Positions 50,001-63,364 of a stretch of 64,000 nt of DNA are shown in pieces. Source of the DNA: Tubulanus polymorphus (lineage: Eukaryota; Animalia; Nemertea); the NCBI RefSeq assembly GCF_964204645.1, contig NC_134026.1:21362150-21426149 (forward strand), given 5' to 3'. Below the pieces are notes generated by a model. That model had not been told where the DNA came from and did not search any database. It saw only the letters and a program-made list of their open reading frames with translations. Positions within the stretch are counted from its first letter, which is position 1. Each line of letters starts with the position of its first letter. Position numbers and translations under genes: made by a program.

Positions 50001-51434
50001 GAATTAACCCAGAACCCAGAAGAATGCCAGAATTTAAAAAAAATTATAATGTTAGTTATTATTTTGATTTTCCCATTAATACGCATGCGCAATCTACAAG
50101 ATTTTGATGATTTGCAAAACAATTTTTATAAGGTTTTTCTTTTGTAAAGTGCTGACAATTCAAAACAAAACGATCGCTGTTGTGCTACAGTCAATTTGAA
50201 GAGAATAGCTGATATGCGTGCTCTGCACGTCAGCCGCACACAAAGTGACGCAGTAGAAGCGTGCATAGCACGTCCATAGCACTGAAAAGGTTAAGTTAGC
50301 CCCAGTGATAAAACTGGCCCCAAAGTATAAGACAAGTTTCCTAGGAAAGGTTACTCTATAATAAGGAATACATTCGTTAGTAAATTACTAATTTTTGAAC
50401 TGGTCTAGAATCGAACCTTCACGTACCTAATATAGCTCTGAGGTGACCTTCCATAGTTTGTAAGATGACCGACTCGATTTGTTGCGGAGACTTGCCGAGA
50501 AACTGTTCGCAGGCAGTAGTTAACAGTTCAGATTCGGTCATGACTTTCACCTGGGCGACACCAGTAACGGTCAGTGGTACGCCTTCGGATGTTTCGACGT
50601 GCTCGCAAACTGGATTCAGGGTCATCACTTCGAGAGAAATCCTGAAAGATGAGAGATCACGACCATCGGAACAAAATAATCCAGTACTGTTTTATATTTC
50701 GAAAAATCAGTAGTTGATGTCCAACTTATCAAGATAAATAAATAAACAAATACAATGAACAAATATTTTACTATAATTTCTATCATGTACTAGTTCTTGT
50801 AGTAGGTTATATTTTTGAGGGCATTGCAATTCAAAAACCCCTGTCCCCTAATCACTGATAATTGCAAGATGGGTTGGACACCTAGGCCTTGCCAGGCATC
50901 CATTTCATCTGTGATGATGATAACCATCATCATGTGGATGGTGCCAGTGCATTATCATATGATTTCTAAATCACAATCGTTTTTGGCACATCAAATGATC
51001 AACAATAGTTGATATTCCCAACTAATACAACATTGACTTCTACGTAAGTTCAGTGCTTCATTTTCTGTGCATTCTATCAATGACTTAGTGTGTGAATGAT
51101 TCATTCATCTGACGATAGACGATTGTCCACCGACACCGATATCGCTCTAGTGAAACAATTTTTCAAATCTTAACGACGGAAATCTAAATATACTCACGCT
51201 TGGACATCAGTAACTAAACACCATGCCCAACCCCAGCCTCCAATAATCGTCTTTTTGCTTTGAGCGCCGCAACATCCACCTGTGGAAGGGAGTGAAATAA
51301 GTAAATAAGATAAGATTTTCATTTCATTGAATCAGTGAAGGTCACCAATCTTTAAGCGCATATAATCTACTTCTGATTCACTAACCAGAGATGATAAGGG
51401 CCTCGTTAGGACCGACGGTGTGTATATTTCCCAT
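47099..51434 (-). CDS. FLOT2: Flotillin-2 (reggie-1), SPFH domain, ~424 aa
   Basis: Exons 51386-51434, 51198-51279, 50427-50641, 49619-49851, 49040-49159, 48598-48812, 47806-47989, 47342-47485, 47099-47131 (1275 nt). N-terminus MGNIHTVGPNEALIISGGCCG (myristoylated Gly2, CC palmitoylation pair), EGVPLTVTGVAQVK, VASPDVGRMGIEILSFTIKD, AEAE repeats, C-terminus GVDLSKVLSKIPGAVA*. Confidence 0.96.
48303..48385 (+). repeat. Exact 42-bp-period tandem duplication in FLOT2 intron
   Basis: ATGGTACAATTTTGGAATAAATTTGATGTCATTTTTCATCT twice. Confidence 0.95.
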
Positions 51435-51910
51435 TTTACACAGCTACGTCAGTAGAAATCACTTTCGAAATCGTCAAAACGAGTAAAAAACAACTCTCGT
51501 TGACAAGCAAAAAATTCAATGGCGTCAAAATATTGATCGAGCGCCGACAATATCGATAGTTTGTATCTGAATCGACCTAGTTTTTCAACCTTTAATTTTG
51601 CCCGATTAACAACAATTAATTGCGTTAGTAAATTACCGTCGGCATCTTTGGCGCCGCTCAAAAATGTCCATAATTTCAAATAGGCGTAGGGCCTAGGCCT
51701 ATACGCCAAAAAAGTAAAATGACTCGATCATTTTTTTCAGAACTCAAAACTCATTGTTTTGGGTTCGAGCCTATCGTGACGATTTTAATGCCTTTATTCA
51801 TAATTCTTTTGAAAATGATATTCCACAATGTACTTATCAAAAATGTATTGTTTATGACGTCATAGTTTGATCAACTATCCCATGGCTATGACGTCATTTC
51901 AGGTCATTAT
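51435..51910. promoter_or_regulatory. FLOT2/PPP4C bidirectional promoter
   Basis: Head-to-head genes; DRE TATCGATA at 51551-51558, E2F-like TTTGGCGC at ~51647, two full CRE palindromes TGACGTCA at 51855-51862 and 51889-51896. Confidence 0.6.
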
Positions 51911-52258
51911 AGTTCAGAGAAGAGAAGCGGAAGCGCTGTGTGTGAGTGACTTTGTATCCGATCGCTTTCTCGGGGAGAAAATATACCTAAAATTCCCTTT
52001 TTAAAGCATACCCGAAGCCTCATTATTTGTCTATAGAATCTGCGACGTGGCAATATTTCGAACAGGTAATAAATCAAGCCGTTTTGGTTCTCGTAATTCG
52101 TAAAATCCACCCGGGAAAATATTTCACGGGAGAAGAGTAGTCTGTGAATAAATTGTTGAGTTTTGCTAATCTCGATTAAATTTTAGATTATGGACTTTAT
52201 TCTTTTATTTTCAGTGCATTTTGGTTTGGGCCATCATTGAAAATTGAAACAACTAAGG

Positions 52259-55200
52259 ATGGCTGATTGTAGTGACTTGGACAGGTATTAAAAGGCTTTA
52301 CGAAATTCTCCAGAAGCGCAGCGCAGGGGAGGGCTGTCTGAATATCTGCAATATCGGAATATACTGGCCTGAGTTTAGATACTGAATTTTCTATTGCCTC
52401 CAATTTTCTCAGTCGCACACCTTAGTGCGCATGTGAACAACCTTCCTGCTATAAGGCACTATTGTAGCTATTGGTTGGCCTTTTATGGGATGGTCAGGTT
52501 TATAGGTATATAATACATGTACATCTCTTCATTCGCACTTTTCAACTTTCCTAGTGTGGCTGGTCATGGGTGTCATCCGTAGGGGCTGCAAATACCCCTA
52601 CAAAGATCTCCATTCTCACTTGCTTACCATCAGGGGCCAGTTGCTCAAGAGTTAACCAGTTGATAGTTGACAAAGTGACAATTAAAACAATGTTTATTGT
52701 TACTACGGTATCTATCCACTGGTTATCTTTAACCAACTTTTGAGCAACTGGCCCCGGATGATTATTTCCTTGATTATCCAGAAGAGGGTTTGCATAATAA
52801 TGGAATTTCTCGGGCAACAAATAGCTTCCAATCCACTGCCCCCTTTACGAGATCGGTTTGAGCCTTCCGAGCTAACTTAACGAATTAGAAAAATTAATGT
52901 ATTTTCAGGCAAATCGAACAGCTACGACGCTGTGAAATAATAAAGGAAAGCGAAGTGAAAGCGTTATGCGCGAGGGCTCGAGAAATTCTTATTGAAGAGA
53001 GCAATGTTCAAAGGGTCGATTCACCAGTAACGGTAAGTGATACGCGAGCCAACAACGGAATATATTGATTAATTCTCATGTTAAGCCACATCGTCACCCT
53101 CACTCACAACCCGGGATTAAAACCCCTACAGGGACCCTATAACTCCTTGATTCCCTAAAATCTAAATTGTGATGTTAAGGGTTGGGATTTTTTTTTCACC
53201 AAAGTAGGTGGCTATACTGAATAATAAATCAAGGTTATAGGATAGATATGTGCTTGCAAAACCACCAAATTAACGGATTACTGAGACACTACCAATTTAG
53301 GAGGACTCAACAGCGATTGGGATGACGAAAGTGATGCAGACACGTCCTAAAAATTTGAAATTTTCACCTTTCAAACTCTTTTTATGCAGGAATGACTGAT
53401 AGATCTGTAGGGACCCTGCCCTTCATTTGTCTAATTAATCGTCGAAGGATTTTAAGACTGACTAGCTACAGACTAGTCAGCCTTCGAGACTCGCAAATTA
53501 TTTGAGTCTACAATATAGTTTCTTTTCTGTTGCAGGTGTGCGGTGATATACACGGACAGTTTTACGATTTAAAAGAACTTTTCAAAGTCGGCGGCGACGT
53601 GCCGGATACTAATTATCTATTCATGGGCGACTTCGTAGATCGAGGGTTTTACAGCGTCGAAACGTTTTTACTACTATTAGCTTTGAAGGTACGAACTTCT
53701 GGTTGAAAACAAAAAGAAATTCACTTTCTCCATTACTAGACCGATCAATGACAGAAATGCTATAATTTAGGTCAGAATTGTTGTTCAATTGTTGGACCAT
53801 TGACAAAATTTCTGCTGCTAACTAGAGCATCGATTGTAGACTCACCGTTGACTGTCCGATGATTTATTTCGTTCATATGTCTCGCCTGATAAAGCTGAAT
53901 TGAAATCAGTGAAATCTTGGAAATATAATTGATTAATCAGCGATGACGTTTTAATTCAGTTCTATTTTGTTGTCTTCTATACATTCTATATACATTGAAA
54001 TCACTTTTATTTCCTTGATATCTTTACTAGGGACAAAATAAAGAATTTTCCTGCCTATTTCAATTCAAGAATTGGACTCAAAATCTGTATTGTTGTACAG
54101 TATGTTTTTTGTTTTGTTTTTTTTTTAAATATTTAAAAGACGATTGTGTTGTTATTTGAAGGTACGTTACCCCGACCGAATCACGTTGATTCGCGGAAAT
54201 CACGAAAGTCGACAAATCACTCAGGTCTACGGTTTCTACGACGAGTGTCTACGTAAATACGGCTCAATCACGGTGTGGCGTTATTGCACTGAAATATTCG
54301 ACTACCTTAGTTTATCGGCTATCATCGATGGAAAGGTAGGTTGTATGAAGCATTTCCGAAAATGAGGCAGTTACTCTGTATTTCGTAGTAGTAATGTTAT
54401 TTAGGAGGGTTCTTTACTCATTGCTTTCGATGATGCCTGAAAACAGAAGGCCATTCATCATGTGTTCACAATTTGTATCTGATTTTGATGGCACTTTCGA
54501 AAAGAAGCATCTTTTGAAGCAGAACACATGTATTTGTGGGTGAAGGGGCAAAATTTACTTTTTTTTCTGAATCTGATGTGCACAATGCTTTGATGTCTAC
54601 CTAAATGTATTGCATCATTTTCCATGATTCCTTTCTGAAAGGTCCGTTCATTATATAAGCCTACTAGCAAATACCCAACCACAGCATGAGTACCGGTAGA
54701 AATGGCTAGAAAACAGTAACTTCATTGAGTTACAAAATGCTATTGTTTGGGTTTTTCATTGAACATTGACATATGTTAACTGCCTTAGGTCATTCTACCT
54801 ATATTCCGAGTCATGTATTACCAAATTTGATGACTAGGTGCCATGGCTTTAAGAGGAGTAGCATGACAAACATTTTCTCACCACCATCATAGTATGATGT
54901 CAACACATTGGCTAATGTGCATAGACTAGGTGCTGGATAACTCGGTCTGTCTTGATTGACTGTTTAGTCAGTTAAGTTTATTGACGTTAACATTGAATTG
55001 CTATTTACTTCGACAGATATTTTGTGTTCACGGTGGTCTGTCGCCTTCGATTACGACTTTAGATCAAATACGTGCTATCGATCGAAAACAAGAGGTGCCA
55101 CACGATGGTCCTATGTGCGATCTACTGTGGTCCGATCCAGAAGGTAAGACACTGGTACAAACTGCAACCATAGTCACAGTTATCCTTTGAACATTTATCT

Positions 55201-56552
55201 ATGAAGTCTCGAAACTGTTAAAATTCTAATTTTGGTTTCTATTGCTGAAATCAATGGTTTTCTGTAAGACAGTGAACTATGTGTTAAATGTGTTAAGTTT
55301 TTTAACTCGTATATGTCATGGCAGCCATTGGTTTCCAATGATATTACATTTTCCATAAAGACGTAATCTAAGTCGTATAATTCAAGTTGCTTTATTTGAT
55401 TCACACAACTTACATACCATATACCGGTAACTAATCCAGGATCTATCATCAACAAAGTTGTGGTACGGTAGATTTTGAAATGAATGTCTAGAAGAGCCAT
55501 TTTAATTTAGATTAAGTGATTGGCAGTAATTTTGCCACATGTTTTACTTAAACTACCTTGGTAATTAGAAAGAAACCCAGAAACCATAGAAATGTTGAGG
55601 AAGGAATTATCCCCGATGTTGAGAATGTCAATTTATCTATTGCAGATACTCAGGGTTGGGGTGTAAGTCCTCGCGGTGCTGGATTTCTATTCGGCGTTGA
55701 CGTCGTCGCTCAGTTTAATTCTGCCAATGATATCGATCTGATTTGTCGAGCACATCAACTCGTGATGGAAGGTTACAAATGGCATTTTAACGAAACCGTG
55801 CTGACAGTTTGGTCGGCGCCGAATTACTGTTACAGGTATGTTGGATCGCAATTGTTTTCTGTACAGGGTCCAGTTTCATGAAAAAGTTTACGCTTTTAAA
55901 AGGGTGAAGTTTGAATTGTTGTCCTCGTCGAAAATATAAGGCTGCCACTGGCGATTACACCAAAATTTGAGTAACCTTTTTCGTGAAACTGGAAATTTCA
56001 TTGGGTAGTTTCTTATTTAATCAAATCGGAATGGTAGAACTCTTTTAAAGAAAGACTGAAACCCAAAATAGATCTTGGTCCATCTGCCGTGTTATGAATC
56101 CCTGCTTTAGGTGTGGAACTATTGATTCCTATGGTTGTTAAATAACAGCCGGATATCACTAATTAGACTCTGAATATAAAACGAAAAATATTCTTAATCC
56201 AAGTTAATACAATAATTTCTGAAGAGAGAATCTGTGTGAAATCAGTTAATGGATAATTTCCAAACATCTATTCCTGAAATTGCATACCTAATAGACAATA
56301 GATTTCAGACGATATCAGAGTATCCTGAAAAATTCAAAGTATGCAGTACTCTAGTACCGGTACATGTAGTTCTAGTCCTCCAGCCCGAGAACTTCAGCAA
56401 TGTTTTGTATATTGTTATTCAGGTGCGGAAATGTCGCTGCAATATTGGAACTAGACGAACACTTACAGAAAGACTTCACGATATTCGAAGCAGCGCCACA
56501 AGATACGAGAGGTATTCCATCCAAAAAACCGCAGGCCGACTACTTCCTTTGA
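52259..56552 (+). CDS. PPP4C: Serine/threonine protein phosphatase 4 catalytic subunit, 307 aa
   Basis: Exons 52259-52284, 52909-53032, 53536-53688, 54162-54335, 55017-55143, 55646-55835, 56423-56552 (924 nt). [65 protein letters not shown]-terminal KKPQADYFL (PP4-type, not the PP2A TPDYFL). Probable non-coding 5' exon ending at the donor at 52066, spliced to the acceptor at 52215. Confidence 0.97.
52634..52754. mobile_element. GGGCCAGTT-TIR MITE in PPP4C intron
   Basis: CAG|GGGCCAGTTGCTCAA...TTGAGCAACTGGCCC|CGG, 15-bp perfect TIR; right-end fragment also at ~32567-32590. Confidence 0.75.
55867..55995. mobile_element. GGTCCAGTTT-TIR MITE (decayed)
   Basis: TCCAGTTTCATGAAAAAG / CTTTTTCGTGAAACTGGA. 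Confidence 0.55.
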
Positions 56553-57617
56553 GGACGCGGAAAATTGCTTAGGACGATTATCGATATAATGCGCATAGTA
56601 AAGTTGACGTTGAACATTTAACATCATCTCGAAAAGAAAACAACATAAAAAAGTACGTCTTCAACTGTCCCGTATGAAATCGCACAATAAATCGGATTGT
56701 TGTCTTCGTGTCGACCAGGCTGTTTAAATTTGTTATGTCGCGCAATATGAGTGAGTGGTTGCATTTATACATAAAGAACGATGAAAGAGTGTATGCGACT
56801 GTGCGTACGTCGGGTCAAAGGGCTATTAAAACTAGCCCTTCTTTCCTATATAGATAGACTTGTTGGCATAAAAGATTCTCATTCTTGATCGGTTTGCGTG
56901 GACGAGAAGGGCCAGGAAAAAAATGTATAATATTGTATAGGTTTTGAATTTAGTTATTGGTGAAGTCTTGTGAATCTCATTGATGATGACGCTTCCAAGT
57001 AATGTATATGAATTTTGAAATGCTGGCTGTAAATTGAGGGGATTTCATCAATTTACTAACCTCAGTACTATAGCTTTGCAATACTTCTTGTCAAAGAAGT
57101 ATCGTTGAGGGAATGTCAATTTTCGACATGTAATCACTTCTTGTTCATGAAACTTGAATTTGTCAAACAAAACCGATCAAGAGTAAGAAATCCTGTGTGT
57201 CAACGCTAAGTACATCAGGGAAGTCGTACCCAGTAAGAGAATCGGCACAGTTTTGTTGCGTACATACGTTGTTTCGGTATTGACATCGTTACAATCTGCA
57301 GATGTATGAATGTTTACTTGGGTGTATTTTATCGACAACAAGGGACCACATTTAACTCCAAACTGCGAGTGCGCGAGTGTTGATTTGTAGAGCAGCAGTG
57401 TATGAACCATGAACAACCTCAGGATCAACAGGATAAATGCTGATGTTTGAGAGACGATTGTTTGTCCTTCCGCGTTGTAAATTGTTCAGTTCGAGTCTAG
57501 TCCGAACTTAATCCGAAATACTATGTATGTTAGCCTTTGACCATGCCTTAGTTTAGTGACGATTAATGAAATGGTTTTGTCACACTTATTCATTTGAAGC
57601 TGCTACATGTACTAATA

Positions 57618-57771
57618 CAGTAGACTGACTTCTTTACTCGGTACTGGTCGAAATTCAAAACTGCTCAAATGGATGAATTTTAGAAAGATAACATTCCATT
57701 TTTAACTGATCATCAATATTCAGTCGTGAAGTATTCACAGTTCCATCGCTACTGAGTAAAGCAGTCTACAG
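57618..57771. mobile_element. Tc1/pogo-like MITE with TA TSD in probable PPP4C 3' UTR
   Basis: TA|CAGTAGACTG..TTTACTCGGTA / TACTGAGTAAAGCAGTCTACAG|TA. Confidence 0.65.
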
Positions 57772-58280
57772 TACATTGAAAAAGATATTTCTTCAGAGTG
57801 AATGTTCATGTTATAATACCCATATTTTGGCATCTTCCATTATTTGCACTTTTACAACCATACGTTTCTCAATGGTGATCTAAAAAGGATGATCGCTGGG
57901 AGACTTATTCGATTATTTCTTGTAAAATTATGAGTGAGGAGCTGTAACAAATTTAATCTCATCGAAAGCAATTTTTCTCCACCTTAATGAGTTTTGTCTA
58001 CCAAAGCCCGTATATTGTAGGTCATTCAACCAGCTGATGCTGTGCTTTCAGTTGAGTAAGTTCTTTCTGTAAATAATATATAAACGAATTTTAAGTTATG
58101 AAAATAAAAATGCGGACCAGAATAAAGAGAAATGGACGAGAGGTTTCGTATCTCTGGTTTTGGTTGAAATTTCTTTTAAAATCCTCGCAATTTGCGACAG
58201 CAGCTTGGCGAACGTGAAGTGATCTTATGAATTTCAGTCGAGATGACCTGAAAATTAACGCAGCTCCTCCCTTCAACTAT

Positions 58281-58497
58281 GCAGCCTGGACGCACCCCGT
58301 TCATAGATATGTGATTCTTCTCGATTGAAGTCTGGACAATCACTTTTAAAAGTCGTCGTAAAATGTTTTTTAGTCTGGCACTTGTCACCTTATTTTTTTG
58401 ATTCAAAATAACTGTTAGAGCTTCGACGATCAAAAATTTTAATAGCTAGTATTGAATGGCTGAAGGGTCGGCCCAGGCTGCAGCTTTGATACCTGCA
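58281..58497. mobile_element. GCAGCCTGG-ended element, relative of 9291-9450
   Basis: TGCAGCCTGG...CCAGGCTGCA followed by GATACCTGCA. Confidence 0.55.
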
Positions 58498-59532
58498 TTA
58501 ACTAGGTGCTATCATCAAGATTTGCAGCTATAAAACAACATTACATATTGACGGGAGATACTACTAAAAGGATATGTATCATTTCAACAATGTAAAATCC
58601 GTATTTATTATATGGAAGATTTTAAAATAAAATACTGTGATTATTCTTCAATAGAGTAGTTGGCTTGTATGTTTTTTCTTTGGCCATACACTAGCTAAGT
58701 TTACGCAGTGTTAGTGTTTTCAACTCCGGACATAGTGTTTTACGATGCATAAAATGGTTAAATGAGCTGGACACCAATAGAGTTAATGCAGCTATGTGCT
58801 TTTTTGAATCGACTAACTTCACATGTAAAACCTCTACCAGGTGACTGGTTGACTGATATTAATCTCAGCATTCATTAGTTGATAAGTAAAAACCAACAGT
58901 TGATGATCAAAGTATTTAGAGCTGAAACAGTCAGAAAACACATGTTTTCATCATCAACTGTGAGATTTTACTTATGACCAGGTATCTGGCCATCCATGAC
59001 ATTGACTGTACGTTGTCTATCTATTGCATGTGGTATTTTCTCGTGAGTGTCCAATACAGGTATTAATGGAATCTAGAAATTTAGAGATAATGGTTGTGGT
59101 GTAGCATTTACATTACTAGATTCGTAGAGGAGCCAGGTGTAAAATAAACGAGACGAGTAGTACTTTGTAGACTTACTAGTTTATTTTACGCACAAGCTTT
59201 GGCTACTAGTGTACAGTAGCTTCATATCCCTAGGTTTAAAATATTACAATAATTCATTTCTCATTGAATCACGTACTGATAAAGAAACACGTTGTCAATA
59301 GCATTATCCGAAGTCCCTGAGTTTTCCTAGCTTTAAGTAAAATTTCTCAAATTCCCTGAGTTTTCCAACTCTAATTTATTTAAAATAGAGGACGACAATT
59401 TGTAGATTTGAGGTACCGTCTTAAATAATCATATGACTCAACTTGTAGATGAAGTTTCATTTACATTGAACAACTTCAGGCAAGTTACTCAAAAAAACAT
59501 TCCCCGCACCAAGTATGACAGTGTCAAATCCG

Positions 59533-62500
59533 TTAGAGGGAACTTTTTGGAACCATATCAAATCGTTTCATGCTGAAAGGTTTCATATCATAAGCCGGTT
59601 TTTCACCTGTAACTAACTGCTTTAACAGTTTACCAACTACTGGCGCCAACTTGAATCCATGACCTGAAACGAGATATGAAAACTTTGCATGAATTGTCGT
59701 TTGGGGCCACTAAAAAGCCAAGTATGTAACATGCAACTGTAGAGCAGGATGTAAGTATTTTTTCAATCTTTTTAGGACATACATGAAGTATTTCGAAATA
59801 TCAACACAACGAGCAGGGTTTAAAGCAGTCATTGAAATTTGGGTCAGTTAGTCTTTGACCGTCATCCAGGAAAAATGAGGGGTATGAATAATTATAAATT
59901 TTCTAGGCAAGCCAAGAGTTGAAAAGTGCGGCCAATTAAAATCCAATAATGCGGGTGATCAGTGAGCCCATAGGGGAGGAACAATTTGAATCTTACTTCA
60001 TAATAAGAATTAAATTTATAAACCATGGACTCTAAAAACGAAGATTAAATAGAACACTCACCTGAAAACCCAGCACCAATCACAATGTTCCTATGTTGTG
60101 GATGATAGTCTAGGACAAAGCCTTCATCAGGGGTCATCTGGTAAGAAAACAGCAGACAATCAGCAGATTCTGAATACAATGCAACAGTGTCTTAAATGTA
60201 TGGGACTTACTAACTAAATTTTTTCCAGTAAATTATCTATGATGGATATTTAACGGAAAATTTATAACTTAATTTTGTTCAAGTTATAGTACATAACAAG
60301 ATGACTTGACTAACTGATTTTAGACTGAACGAAGAGTGTTCAATCCTATTGAATAAGGGTTGCCAATTTGGCAAGATTCGATAAAAGGAGTACATTGACA
60401 TCGTATTTGAGCAACTGCACGGTATAGTCTGAATCCCAGACGATGTACAATAGTTAGAAACTTACTTACAGTGTAAATGCAAGTCTCGATAATTGAAGGC
60501 ATCTGCTCCAATCCAGGAAAATGATCTTTTACATACTCGCATATCCTCTCTAAATATTCTTTATTTTGGGTTTTGTCACGATCATCAGGGTCTATCTCAG
60601 GACCCCCATGGAATGCCACCTAGAATTATCAACAAATTCGATATGACAACTGATTTTGATTTCTTAGGGTACAGGGAATAGTTCAGAGGCATTCTTTCCA
60701 ACATAGTTTAGCTCTGGGGCACCTCTGAGATGAAATAGGTGCCACCACCAGTGGCAACCAGGCATTCCAAAAAGTATAAAGCAAGAAAACTTCGGGGACA
60801 TTAAGTTTGTCTGCCAATGAAACAACTAAACCTGAAATTCTAGTACTGGTATTTACCTTCATATGATGTGGGTATTCATACGGAGGAAGGGTATAAAATG
60901 AAGAGTTTTCTCTATAATCATTATGAAGTGTAATTGGAGCGCATGATAAATCATAAGTTCCTGGAATCTTCTCTTTGAAATAACAGACCGTTACACGTAC
61001 AGGCTGGTGAAATAAAGTAAAACTATTAATTATCATATTCGCATCAATTAATCAATTAAATCAATTAGTTCATGTTGGTAATAAATCTAGTTTATTGCTT
61101 GACCAAATTAGGCAATCTATTACCTTGATGTGAAGAGAAACTCTGAGTGGTTTCAGTAACTTAGTCGTCCATGGTCCGGCGGTTATAACAACTTTTTTAG
61201 CTCTGTACAGGTTTTTATTTGTGTGTATATCGACTACATCACCAGGGACAATTTGCAGCACCTTTTCACCATCATGTAGAACTCCACCGAACCTCTTAAA
61301 CAGGTTCTTGTTAAGAAAAGAGAATAATACATGTAAATAAGAACTTTAATGCTTGAGCTTAGGCTTAAAGTTTTACATGCTGCAGTAAACTTATTTGGTT
61401 AGAACAATCATCCTTCAACCTATGGTACCTGCACAGCGAGTAGGCATTTATCAGCTTTCAAAATCCCAGCTTCTTGGTCCAACAAGAAAAGATCTGCATC
61501 TTCTTTGAATCTGAACATTGGATATTCTGACCGCACTTGCTCTTTAGTCAAAACAATATGTTTGGCATTGTTTTGAACCATTGATTTTCTGATACTTTCG
61601 CCTTGTTTAGGATCGTTAAAAAAACCAACTACCAACATCGCAGTCTGCCTGTAATTCGAAGCTTGATAACGTATGTGTTTAATTACTCAGTATATATTTT
61701 CAAGCATCTCTGCTTTTCATACTTGTACAATTCCTGACCAGTCATGTTTTCAATCCTTGACCACTGTCTGTAGGCCTCGCTCATCATTTTAGTGTAAACA
61801 TCGTCATCATAGAATTTCCTGATAATTCTACTGGAGCCATGAGAACTACCTCTCGAATGAGGTAAAAAAAACTGTAAAAATCAAAAATTCCAAACCATCA
61901 CTTGCTTCGATTGTAGCTTTGGAAGATATTCCAATGCTCTGCAAGACATTCTTCATTAGTAGGCCTTTATTGACTTAATATGCTTATGAACATGGTCTTA
62001 TAGTTGCAAACTGTTTTAAGGCCGCACACGCATACCCAATACCGGTTAAAGGGCCCAGTGTAAAAAACATTCACCACTTCAAGGTTAATCAAGGTTATAA
62101 TAACGCGCAGTGTTTCAGTAGTTGAATGGATCTACACTTAAAGCATCTGCTTCAGAGACTATCCGCACACATTTTTAGACGCTTCTATTTAGTTCATTAT
62201 GTTATGATATATTATGGGCTCATCAAACTACAACAGTACATAGCGATCCTCAATATCTATGGAAGGTCCTTTTTTGCCACAGGGACTTGTCACAATTGAT
62301 AGTAAATGAATAAAACCAATATCAATGACCAGGTCCACTATCCCTGTATAATGTAAATTATTTTATTGTACAGTTGCAGGGATACTGGTACCCCCATCAT
62401 TGGTCTCATCCATTATCAATCATGACAAGTCCCTGTGTTTTTTGCAGTCTGACTGATGCCATTTTAGGTTTTATAATAATCATTGTTTTTCCCAGTCCCA

Positions 62501-62854
62501 ATAATGACTTCTTTTTTCCTATCTCAATAGATTTCAAGCATCTGCTTCGATCCATCAGATAGATGAGTTATTTTTCAATCTTAAATTTGTACCCTCTAGA
62601 TACATTAACGACGATTTAAAAGGCCGCCATTTTGTATCGACGATCTGGGGTCTAACGTAATTTAGATGACGGGTTCAAAGAACAACGGCTAGACCAGGCT
62701 ATATCATGCAATCTTGACTTTGACGATATGGGGTTCCATAAGAAGGTACCTGTTCCAACAGAAGAGTTGTGTTGCCATCGCGTGCCAACTGATAAGCAGT
62801 GCAGGACCCTTCAATTCCTGCTCCTATTACCGCAACGTCAAAAATAGTCGCCAT
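59533..62854 (-). CDS. PIPOX: Peroxisomal sarcosine / L-pipecolate oxidase, copy 1 (complete, ~386 aa)
   Basis: Exons 62750-62854, 61723-61871, 61429-61648, 61124-61306, 60857-61003, 60470-60619, 60062-60137, 59533-59663 (1161 nt). FAD motif [38 protein letters not shown] (covalent-flavin Cys), [25 protein letters not shown], ends PKSSL*. Confidence 0.94.
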
Positions 62855-63364
62855 CTTGATGATCATGTGACCCACAAACGTCATTTTGTGGGTTCGAGTC
62901 CTGTATAATTCATGAGAATTCCATTCGTTTTTTCAAAGATTCTTTATTGTACAAACATTCGTAAATAATTATAAAGGTGTCTTATGTAAAATTACTGACA
63001 AATTGCTTAAATACGAACAAATTACAGTCAGTTGGTCTCCAGATTAAATGAACACCATCTTCTTTGACATTGATTTATGAACTAAATCAATTTCAACAAT
63101 CTGTTTCCATGCCCACGACTGAAAAATTATTTTCTTTTCAAAACTCATGGTTTCTAGGCATGGAAACATACTGTTAAATATTAAGAAAAGGAGACTTGAG
63201 CAATTCTTCAATAAAGTGTAAAATGGAAATAAATGGTTTATTCAGACTGCACAATTTCACTGGTTGCATTAACACCAAATCAAAGTGTGTTTATGCGATT
63301 GATCCCTGAAAAATCTAATCTGTACTTTAGATCCAGTGGAACTGGGTGGTCCCATTAATACAGA

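Noticed and set aside
53437-53491. Short hairpin (TCGAAGG..CTGACTAG / CTAGTCAGCCTTCGA) as a possible miRNA
   Set aside because: Too short and bulged; more like an internally deleted MITE.
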